In this document: positions 12,460 to 25,500 of the stretch, piece by piece
Layout of the letters: each line of letters starts with the position of its first letter
Position numbering within the stretch: the stretch's first letter is position 1
From: Macrostomum hystrix
Taxonomy: Eukaryota > Animalia > Platyhelminthes
NCBI GenBank assembly: GCA_950097015.1
Contig: CATNEN010000037.1
Span: forward strand, 1,240,001-1,304,000
Reading direction: 5' to 3'
Length of the DNA stretch: 64,000 nt
Notes under the pieces: generated by a model
Databases searched by the model: none
The model's input: the letters and a program-made list of their open reading frames with translations, nothing else
What the model was told of the DNA's origin: nothing
Translations under genes and position numbers: made by a program

Positions 12460-14820
12460 GCATTTGATTGGCTGAGAGGGCATTTCTATCAACTGAGATG
12501 GGATTTCTATTAGTTGAGATGGGATGTCTATTAGTTGAGATGGGATATCTATTAGTTGAGATGGGATTTCTATCAACTGAGATGGGATTTCTATCAACTG
12601 AGATGGGATTTCTATAAACTGAGATAGGATTTTTATTAGCTGAGATGGGATTTCTATTAGTTGAGATGAGATTTATATTAGTTGAGATGGGATTTCTATT
12701 AGTTGAGATGAGATTTCTATTAGTTGAGATGGGATTTATATTAGTTGAGATGGGATTTATATTAGTTGAGATGGGATTTATATTAGTTGAGATGGGATTT
12801 CTATCAACTGAGATGGGATTTCTATCAACTGAGATGGGATTTCTATCAACTGAGATAGGATTTTTATTAGCTGAGATGGGATTTCTATTAGTTGAGATGA
12901 GATTTCTATTAGTTGAGATGAGATTTCTATTAGTTGAGATGGGATTTCTATCAACTGAGATGGGATTTCTATCAACTGAGATGGGATTTCTATCAACTGA
13001 GATGGGATTTCTATCAACTGAGTTGGATTTCTATCAACTTAGGAAAATTTTATTAGTTGAGATGGGATTTCTATCAACTGAGATGGGATTTCTATCAACT
13101 GAGATAGGATTTCTATCAACTGAGTTGGATTTCTATCAACTTAGGAAAATTTTATTAGTTGAGATGGGATTTCTATCAACTGAGATGGGATTTCTATCAA
13201 CTGAGATAGGATTTCTATCAACTGAGTTGGATTTCTATCAACTGAGATGGGATTTCTATCAACTGAGATGGGATTTCTATCAACTGAGATGAGATTTCTT
13301 TTAGTAGAAATGGGATGTCTATTATTTGAGATCGGATTTCTATCAACTGATATAGGATGTCTATTAGTTGAGATGGGATTTCTATTAGTTGAGATGGGAT
13401 GTCTATTAGTTGAGATGGGATTTCTATTAGTTGAGATGGGATTTCTATCAACTGAGATGGGATTTCTATCAACTGAGATGGGATTTCTATCAAATGAGAT
13501 GGGATTTTTATTAGCTGAGATGGGATGTCTATTAGTTGAGATGGGATTTCTATTAGTTGAGATGAGATTTCTATCAACTGAGGTGGGATTTCTATCAACT
13601 GAGGTGGGATTTCTATTAGTTGAGATGGGATGTCTATTAGTTGAGATGGGATATCTATTAGTTGAGATGGGATATCTATTAGTTGAGATGGGATTTCTAT
13701 CAACTGAGATGGGATTTCTATCAACTGAGATGGGATTTCTATCAACTGAGATAGGATTTTTATTAGCTGAGATGGGATTTCTATTAGTTGAGATGAGATT
13801 TATATTAGTTGAGATGGGATTTCTATTAGTTGAGATGAGATTTCTATTAGTTGAGATGGGATTTATATTAGTTGAGATGGGATTTATATTAGTTGAGATG
13901 GGATTTATATTAGTTGAGATGGGATTTCTATTAGTTGAGATGGGATTTATATTAGTTGAGATGGGATTTCTATCAACTGAGATGGGATTTCTATCAACTG
14001 AGATGGGATTTCTATCAACTGAGATAGGATTTTTATTAGCTGAGATGGGATTTCTATTAGTTGAGATGAGATTTCTATTAGTTGAGATGAGATTTCTATT
14101 AGTTGAGATGGGATTTATATTAGTTGAGATGGGATTTACATTAGTTGAGATGGGATTTCTATCAACTCAGATGGGATTTCTATCAACTGAGATGGGATTT
14201 CTATCAACTGAGATGGGATTTCTATCAACTGAGATGGGATTTCTATCAACTGAGATGGGATTTCTATCAACTGAGTTGGATTTCTATCAACTTAGGAAAA
14301 TTTTATTAGTTGAGATGGGATTTCTATCAACTGAGATGGGATTTCTATCAACTGAGATAGGATTTCTATCAACTGAGTTGGATTTCTATCAACTTAGGAA
14401 AATTTTATTAGTTGAGATGGGATTTCTATCAACTGAGTTGGATTTCTATCAACTGAGATGGGATTTCTATCAACTGAGATAAGATTTCTTTTAGTAGAAA
14501 TGGGATGTCTATTATTTGAGATCGGATTTCTATCAACTGATATAGGATGTCTATTAGTTGAGATGGGATTTCTATTAGTTGAGATGGGATGTCTATTAGT
14601 TGAGATGGGATTTCTATTAGTTGAGATGGGATTTCTATCAACTGAGATGGGATTTCTATCAACTGAGATGGGATTTCTATCAAATGAGATGGGATTTTTA
14701 TTAGCTGAGATGGGATGTCTATTAGTTGAGATGGGATTTCTATTAGTTGAGATGAGATTTCTATCAACTGAGGTGGGATTTCTATCAACTGAGGTGGGAT
14801 TTCTATTAGTTGAAATGGGA
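12460..14820. repeat. 21-bp minisatellite with two variants and a higher-order duplication
   Basis: Units GAGATGGGATTTCTATCAACT and GAGATGGGATTTCTATTAGTT. It begins ~20 nt after the TSEN2 stop. Confidence 0.95.
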
Positions 14821-15389
14821 TTGCAAATGGCCGAGGTGCGATTTCAGATATTTATTTTAGATTAATTAAGAAGGCATTTGTATCAGTTGAGATAGTATCA
14901 ATTACAGTAGATATTCAGTTAAAATGTTTGTGTATCTAACGACGCATTTTGTGTTAAAAGTCTGTCTCTTGTAATTGAAAAAGTCAAATTTGCTACTGAC
15001 AGTAGTACCGTAAAATATACGTGAATAATCAAATATTAGCGCATTTGAAGCGGTGATATACAAAAGTACTTAGCTCGCTTTTGGACAAGAATATTTAAAT
15101 CAATCGGCGAATAAGTGTCAGGATAATCTACTCATGATCCCCTACGGACTGATCCACTGTGTGAGTTATCCTCTGACCCCATTTGCGCCGAATCAAACTG
15201 ATCCCCAATTCTCCCCTTAATGGACAAATTGCTGCCTGCTGGTTCTGATATGAGTTTTCCATTGCGCAGCATTTCATTGGCTTAAATTGTCAAGAAATTA
15301 AACCCGTTCCATGTTCGCAGGCCACTAAAACCTCTGAAACACTCGTGTACATTGGCTGTATCACATCTGTTACAGCATTTCCAGTGTCA

Positions 15390-16505
15390 GTGTGACCAGT
15401 GTCACAGTATTCTATTGAATCTGATGAGTGACCAGTGTCACAGTATTCTATAGAATCTGATGAGTGACCAGTGTCACAGTATTCTATAGAATCTGATGAG
15501 TGACCAGTGTCACAGTATTCTATAGAATCTGATGAGTGACCAGTGTCACAGTATTCTATAGAATCTGATGAGTGACCAGTGTCACAGTATTCTATAGAAT
15601 CTGATGAGTGACCAGTGTCACAGTATTCTATAGAATCTGATGAGTGACCAGTGTCACAGTATTCTATAGAATCTGATGACTGACCAGTGTCACAGTATTC
15701 TATAGAATCTGATGACTGACCAGTGTCACAGTATTCTATAGAATCTGATGACTGACCAGTGTCACAGTATTCTATAGAATCTGATGACTGACCAGTGTCA
15801 CAGTATTCTATTGAATCTGATGACTGATCAGTGTCACAGTATTCTATAGAATCTGATGACTGACCAGTGTCACAGTATTCTATAGAATCTGATGAGTGAC
15901 CAGTGTCACAGTATTCTATAGAATCTGATGACTGACCAGTGTCACAGTATTCTATAGAATCTGATGACTGACCAGTGTCACAGTATTCTATAGAATCTGA
16001 TGACTGACCAGTGTCACAGTATTCTATAGAATCTGATGACTGACCAGTGTCACAGTATTCTATAGAATCTGATGACTGATCAGTGTCACAGTATTCTATT
16101 GAATCTGATGACTGACCAGTGTCACAGTATTCTATAGAATCTGATGAGTGACCAGTGTCACAGTATTCTATAGAATCTGATGACTGACCAGTGTCACAGT
16201 ATTCTATAGAATCTGATGACTGATCAGTGTCACAGTATTCTATAGAATCTGATGAGTGACCAGTGTCACAGTATTCTATAGAATCTGATGACTGACCAGT
16301 GTCACAGTATTCTATAGAATCTGATGAGTGACCAGTGTCACAGTATTCTATTGAATCAGAAGACTGACCAGTGTCACAGTATTCTATTGAATCTGATGAC
16401 TGACCAGTGTCACAGTATTCTATTGAATCTGATGACTGACCAGTGTCACAGTATTCTATTGAATCTGATGACTGACCAGTGTCGCAGTATTCTATAGAAT
16501 CTGAT
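15390..16505. repeat. 36-bp minisatellite with internal palindromes
   Basis: Unit GTGACCAGTGTCACAGTATTCTATAGAATCTGATGA, ~31 copies, no spacers. Confidence 0.95.
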
Positions 16506-17040
16506 ATGCAGGTTCATATGGTACAGTTCACACGATCGGATTGACTAGAAAATTATATCAACTTTTGGATGAAGCGTGCTGAAATGAGCTGTGCTTAAAT
16601 TATAGAAACGAATGTCGGCAGCTTTTATATCTAAGATATGCAAGTGTGCCCGAATTGAATTATGTTAAGACATGCTTTTGCCTTCTGTAACCGATAACTT
16701 TGCAACATGAAAGTGCGACAGTTTTTTAATCTTCGTTTGTTTGGAGACAGTGCTTTAGTAAAAATTTGAGTTTCCCAATATCCGCCTGATTTAGCAGGTG
16801 TGTATGAAGCGGAAACCTTATAATGGATTATTCTTTGTAAAATATTATAGGTATTTGGAAATAACGAGTTCGAATCTTGGAAACTGTGTTTCCACCAATT
16901 ATATAAAGTTGGGTGGGTGAGGCTGCCATGTTTCCAGTCCGTGGACTGAACAGCTGTACACAACCTTTTCAATTGCTGCGGCTGTGCCAATGGCTCTATT
17001 GTGTTGAGTAACATTAGGAAATGGACTTTAGGTAAAAGCT

Positions 17041-17884
17041 TTTTTAACAGTAGATCTACCAAGGGGGAATTCCCCCCCTGACAATTTTTTTGCTGCACCC
17101 GAACGGAACAATTCAAGCACACGAAACTCAAGAACACGGGCCAACTTTTTGCGCATCTTCTGAAGCAAGAAACAAGTCGCCAGCTCTTCAGACCGTCGAG
17201 ATATTCAATGTTTCTGGCCGAAAGTCCGATTTTTCCCATAAGCGCTAGTGTATTTCACACACCCCTGTACACGAATTTGCACTGCGCCTCAGTGCGGCCT
17301 TGCCAGGCCTTCAAAATTGATCAGCATGTCACCCGAATGTGCCTGCACCATCTCCGTCTTCGGTGGTCACCTACCTTTATCTAGACGGAGCAGCTGGACC
17401 TTAAACAAGTAATAGTTGAGTTGAGGCCAATATCGAGGCTTTATTAGAGAAAGTAGAAAAATTCTCTAGGGACTCCATTGCCAGCTGGAGGCACCCTGCT
17501 GACGGTGCTGACGGCGTCGGGGTGGTAAATGATTGGTTGACGGACTAGAGGAGCATGTAAAGTAGTTGAGTGTTGCCCAATGTCGAGGCTTGATCAGCGA
17601 AAGTAGAGAAACTCGTTTTAGGGACTCCATAGTCGGCTGGTGCCTCTTATGGGAAAAATCGGACCTTCGGCCAGAAACATTGAATATCTCGACGGTCTGA
17701 AGAGCTGGCGACTTGTTTCTTGTTTCAGAAGATGCGCAACAAAAAGTTGGCCCGTGTTCTTGAGTTTCGTGTGCTTGCATTGTTCCGTTCGGGTGCAGCA
17801 AAAAATTGTCAGGGGGGGGGAATTTCCCCCCCCCCCCTTGGTATAAAAACGGGCGGCAAAATGGCTTGGTAGTCCTACTGTTAA
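17041..17884. mobile_element. Foldback/MITE-like element with ~185-200 bp inverted repeats
   Basis: 17057-17242 is the reverse complement of 17646-17843 (TACCAAGGGGGAATT..GAAACAAGTCGCCAGCTCTTCAGACCGTCGAGATATTCAATG..TTTTCCCATAAG). The IR extends outward (TACTGTTAA), and the interior has a diverged tandem duplication ending in TAGGGACTCCAT. Confidence 0.75.
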
Positions 17885-17924
17885 TCTAAGAAATGGCTAA
17901 AGTAATGTTGTTTTATGAAGAAGG

Positions 17925-18237
17925 AATAATAATTAATAATGATAATTGATTACACCTGCCCTAATTGGGTCGGATGTGCAGCCGACAGCACAGCCGCAGC
18001 TAATGCGCGGCGCATCTGAAGGCTGCGTACAGCTGTTCAGTCCATGGACTGGGGGGACGCCACACCCACCTTCAATTATCCCGCTGATGCTGGTGCCCAT
18101 TTAACAGCTGAGTGAACTGAAGCAATGCAGAGTTAAGTGTCTTGCTAAAGGACACAAATTGTTCCAGTGGAGTCGGGAATCGAACCCCCGACCTTCAAGT
18201 CGTGAGTCCGACGCCATAACCACTAGGCTACAACCTC
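17925..18237 (-). mobile_element. tRNA-derived SINE family A, copy 1, with CORE/MIR-like central domain
   Basis: On the minus strand: A box TAGCCTAGTGGTTA, B box GGTTCGATTCCC, central TGTGTCCTTTAGCAAGACACTTAACTCTGCATTGCTTCAGTTCACTCAGCTGTTAAATGGG and a (TTA)-rich tail. Near-identical copies lie at 34188 and 53245. Confidence 0.88.
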
Positions 18238-19544
18238 AGAAGAAGGAATGTTCATCTATAAAAGTGCAAAATCTAGGCTAGAAAGAGCTGCCATGTGTGA
18301 ACAATTCTAAAACAATATCGCAGTACTTTTGCTTTCAACCCACATCGCTAGCAGCTATACAGTCTCGAGATTGATCTCGACATCAGCCGAGCCATTGTCC
18401 CCGCCAGCTCTTCTTGTCAAAAAAACTGGCTGCTCTTGTCTGCTTTTAGTGGCCACTTCTGCGCCCGCATGACATGCCGTCTGCTCCTGTCCTGTTTCAC
18501 TCAGCGGTCAAGTGAAGCCGGGCCAATCGATGTTGAATGCCTGCATGGTTTCCCTGATTCTCGCCAGTGGTAAAAGCTGAGTCCCACACGTATAGCGGAC
18601 TGGTATGCCTGACTTGAGCTGTCAAGACAGAACTGAGCTGGCTGCTATTGATTGATTTCTGCCTGTGGCCAAGCTAAACCTGAGCATCGAAGTGATAACT
18701 CGATGAGACAGTTGGTCGATCTGTTTGTTTAGCACGTCTGTTAAGGTGCGGTGGTAATTAGCAGGTTGATAGACCAAGTACCCACCTTAATTAGCATAGA
18801 ATCTAGAAATGCAACTGATCCTGTCTGAGTTTAAACAGCTAGAAACAGTAGAATATCTGGGATTTCAAATTTCTCAATCTCGTCGATCCACGAAATCCAC
18901 AATAAACTGCGTGGAATAATAATTTTGCCCAGGTAGGTAGGGACAGCCAGTGATTTCGAGATGGGAGTTGCGAGGCGGGGCCAAAGCTAGCTAGGAGTGG
19001 GGAAAAAAGCTTTTGTTGTCCCAATTGCAGCGGAAGAGAAGCTCTGTGGAGTAGAAGTTTCTACTTTTATGGCGACAAAAAATAGAATTCATAAAGAAAG
19101 AAGCGAGGAGAGGCAATAAAGAACCTGTGTGTAGTTTGGGTTTTGTTGGATTCCGCAAAAATTGTCCCTTCATCCATTTCCTTCCACAACTTGGCACAGA
19201 TTTTTTCCTACCACGGTCCTAATTCTTTCTATCTCTGCCGTCTATGACAGCTGAATGGGAAAAAAGTGCAAATCATTTGTTGTCAAACCGCTATTGCCGT
19301 AAGTTTGTTTAAAACTCCTGCCCGATTGAAAGAAATTATCAAAGCCAGCAAAAACACCGACAGGAAAGCCCGACTCAAGCTGTCCTAAGTTGAAACATTC
19401 CCGGCAATGCGAAAGGAAATGGAAATCGGGGGGATTCTAGTTTTTGTTTTTTAAACACCGACAAAGGCAGATTTTCACGTTTTAAAAGTCTTTTTTTATT
19501 CATTAACACATTAATGGTCATTGTTAACTCTCTCAGAAAGGATT

Positions 19545-20263
19545 CTATGAGAAGATGAGGATCATATGAGAAGATGAGGATCGTATGAGAAGATGAGGAT
19601 CATATGAGAAGATGAGGATCGTATGAGAAGATGAGGATCGTATGAGAAGATGAGGATCGTATGAGAAGATGAGGATCGTATGAGAAGATGAGGATCGTAT
19701 GAGAAGATGAGGATCATATGAGAAGATGAGGATCGTATGAGAAGATGAGGATCGTATGAGAAGATGAGGATCGTATGAGAAGATGAGGATCGTATGAGAA
19801 GATGAGGATCGTATAAGAAGATAAGGATCATATGAGAAGATGAGGATCATATGAGAAGATGAGGATCGTATGAGAAGATGAGGATCGTATGAGAAGATGA
19901 GGATCATATGAGAAGATGAGGATCATATGAGAAGATGAGGATCATATGAGAAGATGAGGATCATATGAGAAGATGAGGATCATATGAGAAGATGAGGATC
20001 ATATGAGAAGATGAGGATCGTATGAGAAGATAAGGATCGTATGAGAAGATGAGGATCGTATGAGAAGATGAGGATCGTATGAGAAGATGAGGATCATATG
20101 AGAAGATGAGGATCATATGAGAAGATGAGGATCATATGAGAAGATGAGGATCGTATGAGAAGATAAGGATCGTATGAGAAGATGAGGATCGTATGAGAAG
20201 ATGAGGATCGTATGAGAAGATGAGGATCGTATGAGAAGATGAGGATCGTATGAGAAGATGAGG
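19545..20263. repeat. 19-bp minisatellite
   Basis: Unit TATGAGAAGATGAGGATC(G/A). Confidence 0.95.
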
Positions 20264-20874
20264 TGCGGCTGTAGTTTCGGCACTTGTATGGTAAGAAATT
20301 ATTGGAAGACTTGCAAAGCTCTGGACGCAGAAGTTTTATGATTAAAAAGTACCTGGTAGATTGAATCAATTCGAAATGACTCTCGTGCGCTTTGCCCACT
20401 TCAAGAATTCGATGATCCCAATCTTGATAGTAGAATGCGCTAAACGTAAGACTGTTCTGACAGGTGGTTGCACTTACCTGTTAATAAATTAGCGTCTTGT
20501 CAATCAATCAATTCAGATATGCGGCCGCAGACGAAATTCTAACAGGCCGATATTACAATCGGTTTTTGTTTCTCTGCACTCGACACACTTATCATTGCAC
20601 CGATCTTCGTTGCTATAGTTACCATGGTTTTAGAGTGCATTCCGAGCCTCAACCTGTAACGTCTAGTGCGTTCAGTTGTTTGGGCATGCGCTCTTGGTCG
20701 CTTGCGAAACTAATCTGGATTATAACAGTTTTTCAATAAATTGATTTTTCAATCAATGAATGAAAGTTTTAATTATTTGGTCTAATTTTGGGAGACAACT
20801 TGCAAGGGGGATAATTTGCCGCATTAGGATTTTGTTTTCTAGGGGAATAATTGCTCACAAAGCAGGAACAGATG

Positions 20875-21327
20875 TGACGCAGGGAAGATGGGAGAAAGGG
20901 AAAATGGGACAGAGGGGAAGATGGGACAGAGGGGAAGATGGGACAGAGGGGAAGATGGGACAGAGGGGAAGATGGGACAGAGGGGAAAATGGGACAATGG
21001 GGAAGATGGGACAGAGGGGAAGATGGGACAGAGGGGAAGATGGGACAGAGGGGAAGATGGGACAGAGGGGAAAATGGGACAATGGGGAAAACGGGACAGA
21101 GGGGAAGATGGGACAGAGGGGAAGATGGGACAGAGGGGAAGATGGGACAGAGGGGAAGATGGGACAATGGGGAAGATGGGACAGAGGGGAAGATGGGACA
21201 GAGGGGAAGATGGGACAGAGGGGAAGATGGGACAATGGGGAAAACGGGACAGAGGGGAAGATGGGACAGAGGGGAAGATGGGACAGAGGGGAAGATGGGA
21301 CAGAGGGGAAGATGGGACAGAGGGGAT
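20875..21327. repeat. 17-bp purine-rich minisatellite
   Basis: Unit GGACAGAGGGGAAGATG. Confidence 0.93.
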
Positions 21328-21939
21328 ATAATTAAGATTATATTTTGTTGAATGCTGTTTATGGAACTAAGGCTACAAAGAATTAATGAAGCCGAAAGAA
21401 TTGTTTGTTCCACCTGAAGGGGGGCTAATAAATGCTAGTCCAAATCTCCAACTATCGGAGTCACCGAGGAAACCTATTTTAATCGCGGATCTGTGCCAGG
21501 ATCAGCAATGCGCCTCGGTGTTCGTTCTCTAATCCGCTGTCAATATTTATCCCTTCAATCCGCATTTCCCGGTCGCATCGCACGCAATCCAACTGGGCGT
21601 GGGATCCGCGACAGTTCTGTTGCTATGGCGGATAGAGAAACTTATCCCCCTCGATTTCTGGACACCCCTCCCGCCGGGTGTCTCCCCAGCAGCCGGCAAT
21701 AATCGGATTTTGTCCAGAGATTGCATATCGTGTGAGTTGCACTTGTGAGCCAGAAGCGAATCGGACATTCTCTCTGTGTTCAATTAGTTCTGTCATGAAC
21801 TGAACTGGAGCCAAAACTAGTACGCGCAACTCACCAATGTCCTTCCTTATCATTTGAGCATTGTTAAAGTCGTATTATTAAAATTTGAACCGAACCTAAA
21901 GCTATTTTCTCACGTGGAGTCATACAAAACATTGAGCAA

Positions 21940-22725
21940 TCATGGAACAGAGGGTAAGATGGGGTAATAGGAAGATGGGACAGAGGGGAAGATGGAACAC
22001 CGAAGGGAAGATGGGACAGGGGGAAGGAAGATGGGACAGAGGGGAAGATGGAACACCGAAGGTAAGATAGGACAGGAGGAAGATGGAACACCGAAGGGAA
22101 GATGGGACAGGGGGAAGATGGAACACCAAAGGGAAGATGGGACACCGAAGGGAAGATGGAACACCGAAGGGAAGATGGAACACCGAAGGGAAGATGGGAC
22201 AGGGGGGAAGATAGGACGGAGGGGAAGATGGGACAGAGGGGAAGATGGGACGGAGGGGAAGATGGGACACAGAGGGGAAGATGGGGCAGAGGGGAAGATG
22301 GAACACCGAAGGGAAGATAGGACAGGGGAAAGATGGAACACCGAAGGGAAGATGGGACAGGGGGAAGATAGGACGGAGGGGAAGATGGGACAGAGGGGAA
22401 GATGGGACGGAGGGGAAGATGGGACACAGAGGGGAAGATGGGACAGGGGGAAGATAGGACAGAGGGGAAGATAGGACAGAGGGTAAGATAGGACAGAGGG
22501 TAAGATAGGACAGAGGGAAAGATAAAACAGAGGGTAAGATAGGACAGAGGGCAAGATAGGACAGAGGGTAAGATAGGACAGAGGGAAAGATAAAACAGAG
22601 GGTAAGATAGGACAGAGGGAAAGATAGGACAGAGGGTAAGATAGGACAGAGGGTAAGATAGGACAGAGGGAAAGATAGGACAGAGGGAAAGATAGGACAA
22701 TGGGGAATATGGGACAGAGGGGAAG
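21940..22725. repeat. 17-bp purine-rich minisatellite, diverged variants
   Basis: Units GGAACACCGAAGGGAAGAT and GGACAGAGGGTAAGATA; related to 20875-21327. Confidence 0.9.
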
Positions 22726-23219
22726 AAGAACAGGGGCAATGGGTTGGATGATTGACAGAAGTGACTCAGACTGGCGCTGTGTCGGCATCTGCAGATTTGA
22801 AGTGCATGGTTAGTTAAGAGTGCAGCAGTTCTTTCTGCCACCCGAACCCTCTGATTTCAGATGAATATCTAGCCGTCGAGTCCTTATCTTCCTATGCCGC
22901 TCCCCCATTTTCTGATTCTGAGCTGGCATTGCAGGCTACTCAATCTCTTAATCTGAGCAGCTAGTGTACTGACTGCATTGCTATGCAGCTTTGTATAAAA
23001 ATTTTTATTTTAATGTAGGACAATGCTGCTGCATCAGATTTTACTCTGTCTTCGCTTTGATCTAGTTGTACAAACGTAAATGCCGCTGTGCTTTTAAAAC
23101 CAATTACCTGTACTCTGCATTGTACAAGTATCTAACACAGCACTAACTCTGATTATGTGCTGTCCGTAATATACTGTGGTTTGTACTAAAGGTAGCTGAG
23201 ATTAATAGTTAGTGGTAGG

Positions 23220-23780
23220 CAGCTGGTAGCAGGTAGCAGGCAGCTGGTAGCAGGCAGCTGGTAGCAGGTAGCTGGTAGCAGGCAGCTGGTAGCAGGCAGC
23301 TGGTAGCAGGCAGCTGGTAGCAGGCAGCTGGTAGCAGGCAGCTGGTAGCAGGCAGCTGGTAGCAGGCAGCTGGTAGCAGGCAGCTGGTAGCAGGCAGCTG
23401 GTAGCAGGCAGCTGGTAGCAGGCAGCTGGTAGCAGGCAGCTGGTAGCAGGCAGCTGGTAGCAGGCAGCTGGTAGCAGGCAGCTGGTAGCAGGCAGCTGGT
23501 AGCAGGCAGCTGGTAGCAGGCAGCTGGTAGCAGGCAGCTGGTAGCAGGCAGCTGGTAGCAGGCAGCTGGTAGCAGGCAGCTGGTAGCAGGCAGCTGGTAG
23601 CAGGCAGCTGGTAGCAGGCAGCTGGTAGCAGGCAGCTGGTAGCAGGCAGCTGGTAGCAGGCAGCTGGTAGCAGGCAGCTGGTAGCAGGCAGCTGGTAGCA
23701 GGCAGCTGGTAGCAGGCAGCTGGTAGCAGGCAGCTGGTAGCAGGCAGCTGGTAGCAGGCAGCTGGTAGCAGGCAGCTGGT
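23220..23780. repeat. 14-bp minisatellite
   Basis: Unit GGCAGCTGGTAGCA, nearly perfect. Confidence 0.95.
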
Positions 23781-24162
23781 CCGAACTTGTTGTTTGAAAA
23801 TTATTTCGATTGTTTTACATAACAATTGTTTAACGTAACTTACAGACATACTCAATAATATTGGGGCAGAGAAAAGTTGATGCCTAAAATTGTATTGAAA
23901 CCAAAGATTTACATTCTATGAGTGTCTCAATCTGTCAAATTACGAGCTACTTTTCTTGAGAAAAAAATCTGAAACCTAATATTTTAGCACTCACATTCCA
24001 ATTCTGTGAGTGACCTTTCTAATGATCAAAGAAGCAACAGAAGTTTAAAAGAAATGTCCGACAGCCATTTGGCAATTAGTTGGCCTCATCGCTGATCAGA
24101 CAATTGGAGACTTTTTCTCAGGCTATACTCAATACAGTTTCATTTTGTTAGTATTTTTACTT

Positions 24163-24702
24163 GATTCAGGAAATCCCTGGTTTGTCTTGTCACCTGATTC
24201 AGGAAATCCCTGGTTTGTCTTGTCACCTGATTCAGGAAATCCCTGGTTTGTCTTGTCACCTGATTCAAGAAATCCCTGGTTTGTCTTGTCACCTGATTCA
24301 GGAAATCCCTGGTTTGTCTTGTCACCTGATTCAGGAAATCCCTGGTTTGTCTTGTCACCTGATTCAGGAAATCCCTGGTTTGTCTTGTCACCTGATTCAG
24401 GAAATCCCTAGTTTGTCTTGTCACCTGATTCAGGAAATCCCTGGTTTGTCTTGTCACCTGATTCAGGAAATCCCTGGTTTGTCTTGTCACCTGATTCAAG
24501 AAATCCCAGGTTTGTCTTGTCACCTGATTCAGGAAATCCCTGGCTTGTCTTGTCACCTGATTCAGGAAATCCCTGGTTTGTCTTGTCACCTGATTCAAGA
24601 AATCCCTGGTTTGTCTTGTCACCTGATTCAAGAAATCCCTGGTTTGTCTTGTCACCTGATTCAAGAAATCCCTGGTTTGTCTTGTCACCTGATTCAAGAA
24701 AT
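24163..24702. repeat. 33-bp minisatellite
   Basis: Unit TGATTCAGGAAATCCCTGGTTTGTCTTGTCACC. Confidence 0.95.
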
Positions 24703-25223
24703 CAGTGCACTCTAATAAGCATAAATTTAATGAGCTTTGCCGTATACTAAATCATTGTTCATGGAACTCCAACACTGAGAAGGATTAGCAAATGCAGAAA
24801 TATTTCCTAAATGTGGAACATCTTGTCTGTTTCGGGGGGGTATTTTTGTAGCTGAGCAACGCCATAAATCTTTGACTGAGCGAAACAGCCAGCGCTGGTT
24901 GCATCATATTTATAGACACTGTTCACTGCCCGCCTAATCCTTCATAATTTATTACGGCTCACTTGTATTTGTTATTTTCTATCATTACAGAAATTATACT
25001 TCACAAAATAATAATCTACGAGCTATGTGCGTACTTATGTCCGAAATGTACAAATTTGCTTGGTTTAATTCGCCTCAGGTCCTTGAACCGCCCGCAGCCG
25101 CAGCTTTGGTAGCCGATAGTTAGAGCTTTGTAATTCGTAGTCAGTAGCTGGTAATTGGTAGTTAGTAATTTATGTTTGGTAATCGGTAGTCGGTAATAAT
25201 TGGTATTTAGTAAGTGGTTGTCT

Positions 25224-25500
25224 GGGGGGTGAGTGGCTGAGCGATTAACGCGTTTGCCTCTCGCACCAAGGTCCCTGAGCTCGATTCCGCGGCGAGGCCA
25301 CATTCATTTGGGGCGCAGCCACGGAGAGAAGGCTTGGGGGCTTGTCGTGCAATTTACGCATAGAGGGCCAACCTCCAAGGCACAGTGAGAGTGTACACTG
25401 CCTGACAATGAGAAAGTCAGGGCAGATGTACACACCTGTGTGCGTGTGTGCTCAGGAGTCAGCGAAACGGGCAGAATTGCTTCCTCGCTGGCTGCAGGTC
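25224..25500 (+). mobile_element. tRNA-derived SINE family B, copy 1
   Basis: A-box-like TGGCTGAGCGATTAA and B-box-like GAGCTCGATTCC. The body GGCGAGGCCACA.TCATTTGGGGCGCAGCC..GGCTTGGGGGCTTGTCGTGCAATTTACGC is shared with 53757-54048. Confidence 0.7.

Noticed and set aside
15390-16505. CRISPR array (36-bp palindromic repeats)
   Set aside because: The units are contiguous with no unique spacers, there are no cas genes, and the context is eukaryotic.
16631-17000. hAT transposase dimerisation-domain remnant (YNWWKHSFQDSNSLFPNTYNIL)
   Set aside because: Only the WW..FP part resembles the domain and the ERxFS motif is absent. The ORF is a chimera of a foldback arm and a SINE-tail fragment.
18340-18780. 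UGA recoding (Trp or Sec) suggested by a frame broken only by TGA codons
   Set aside because: Three TGAs are explained by TGG->TGA decay or chance. The intact genes in the window use the standard code with TGA as a stop, and no SECIS was seen.
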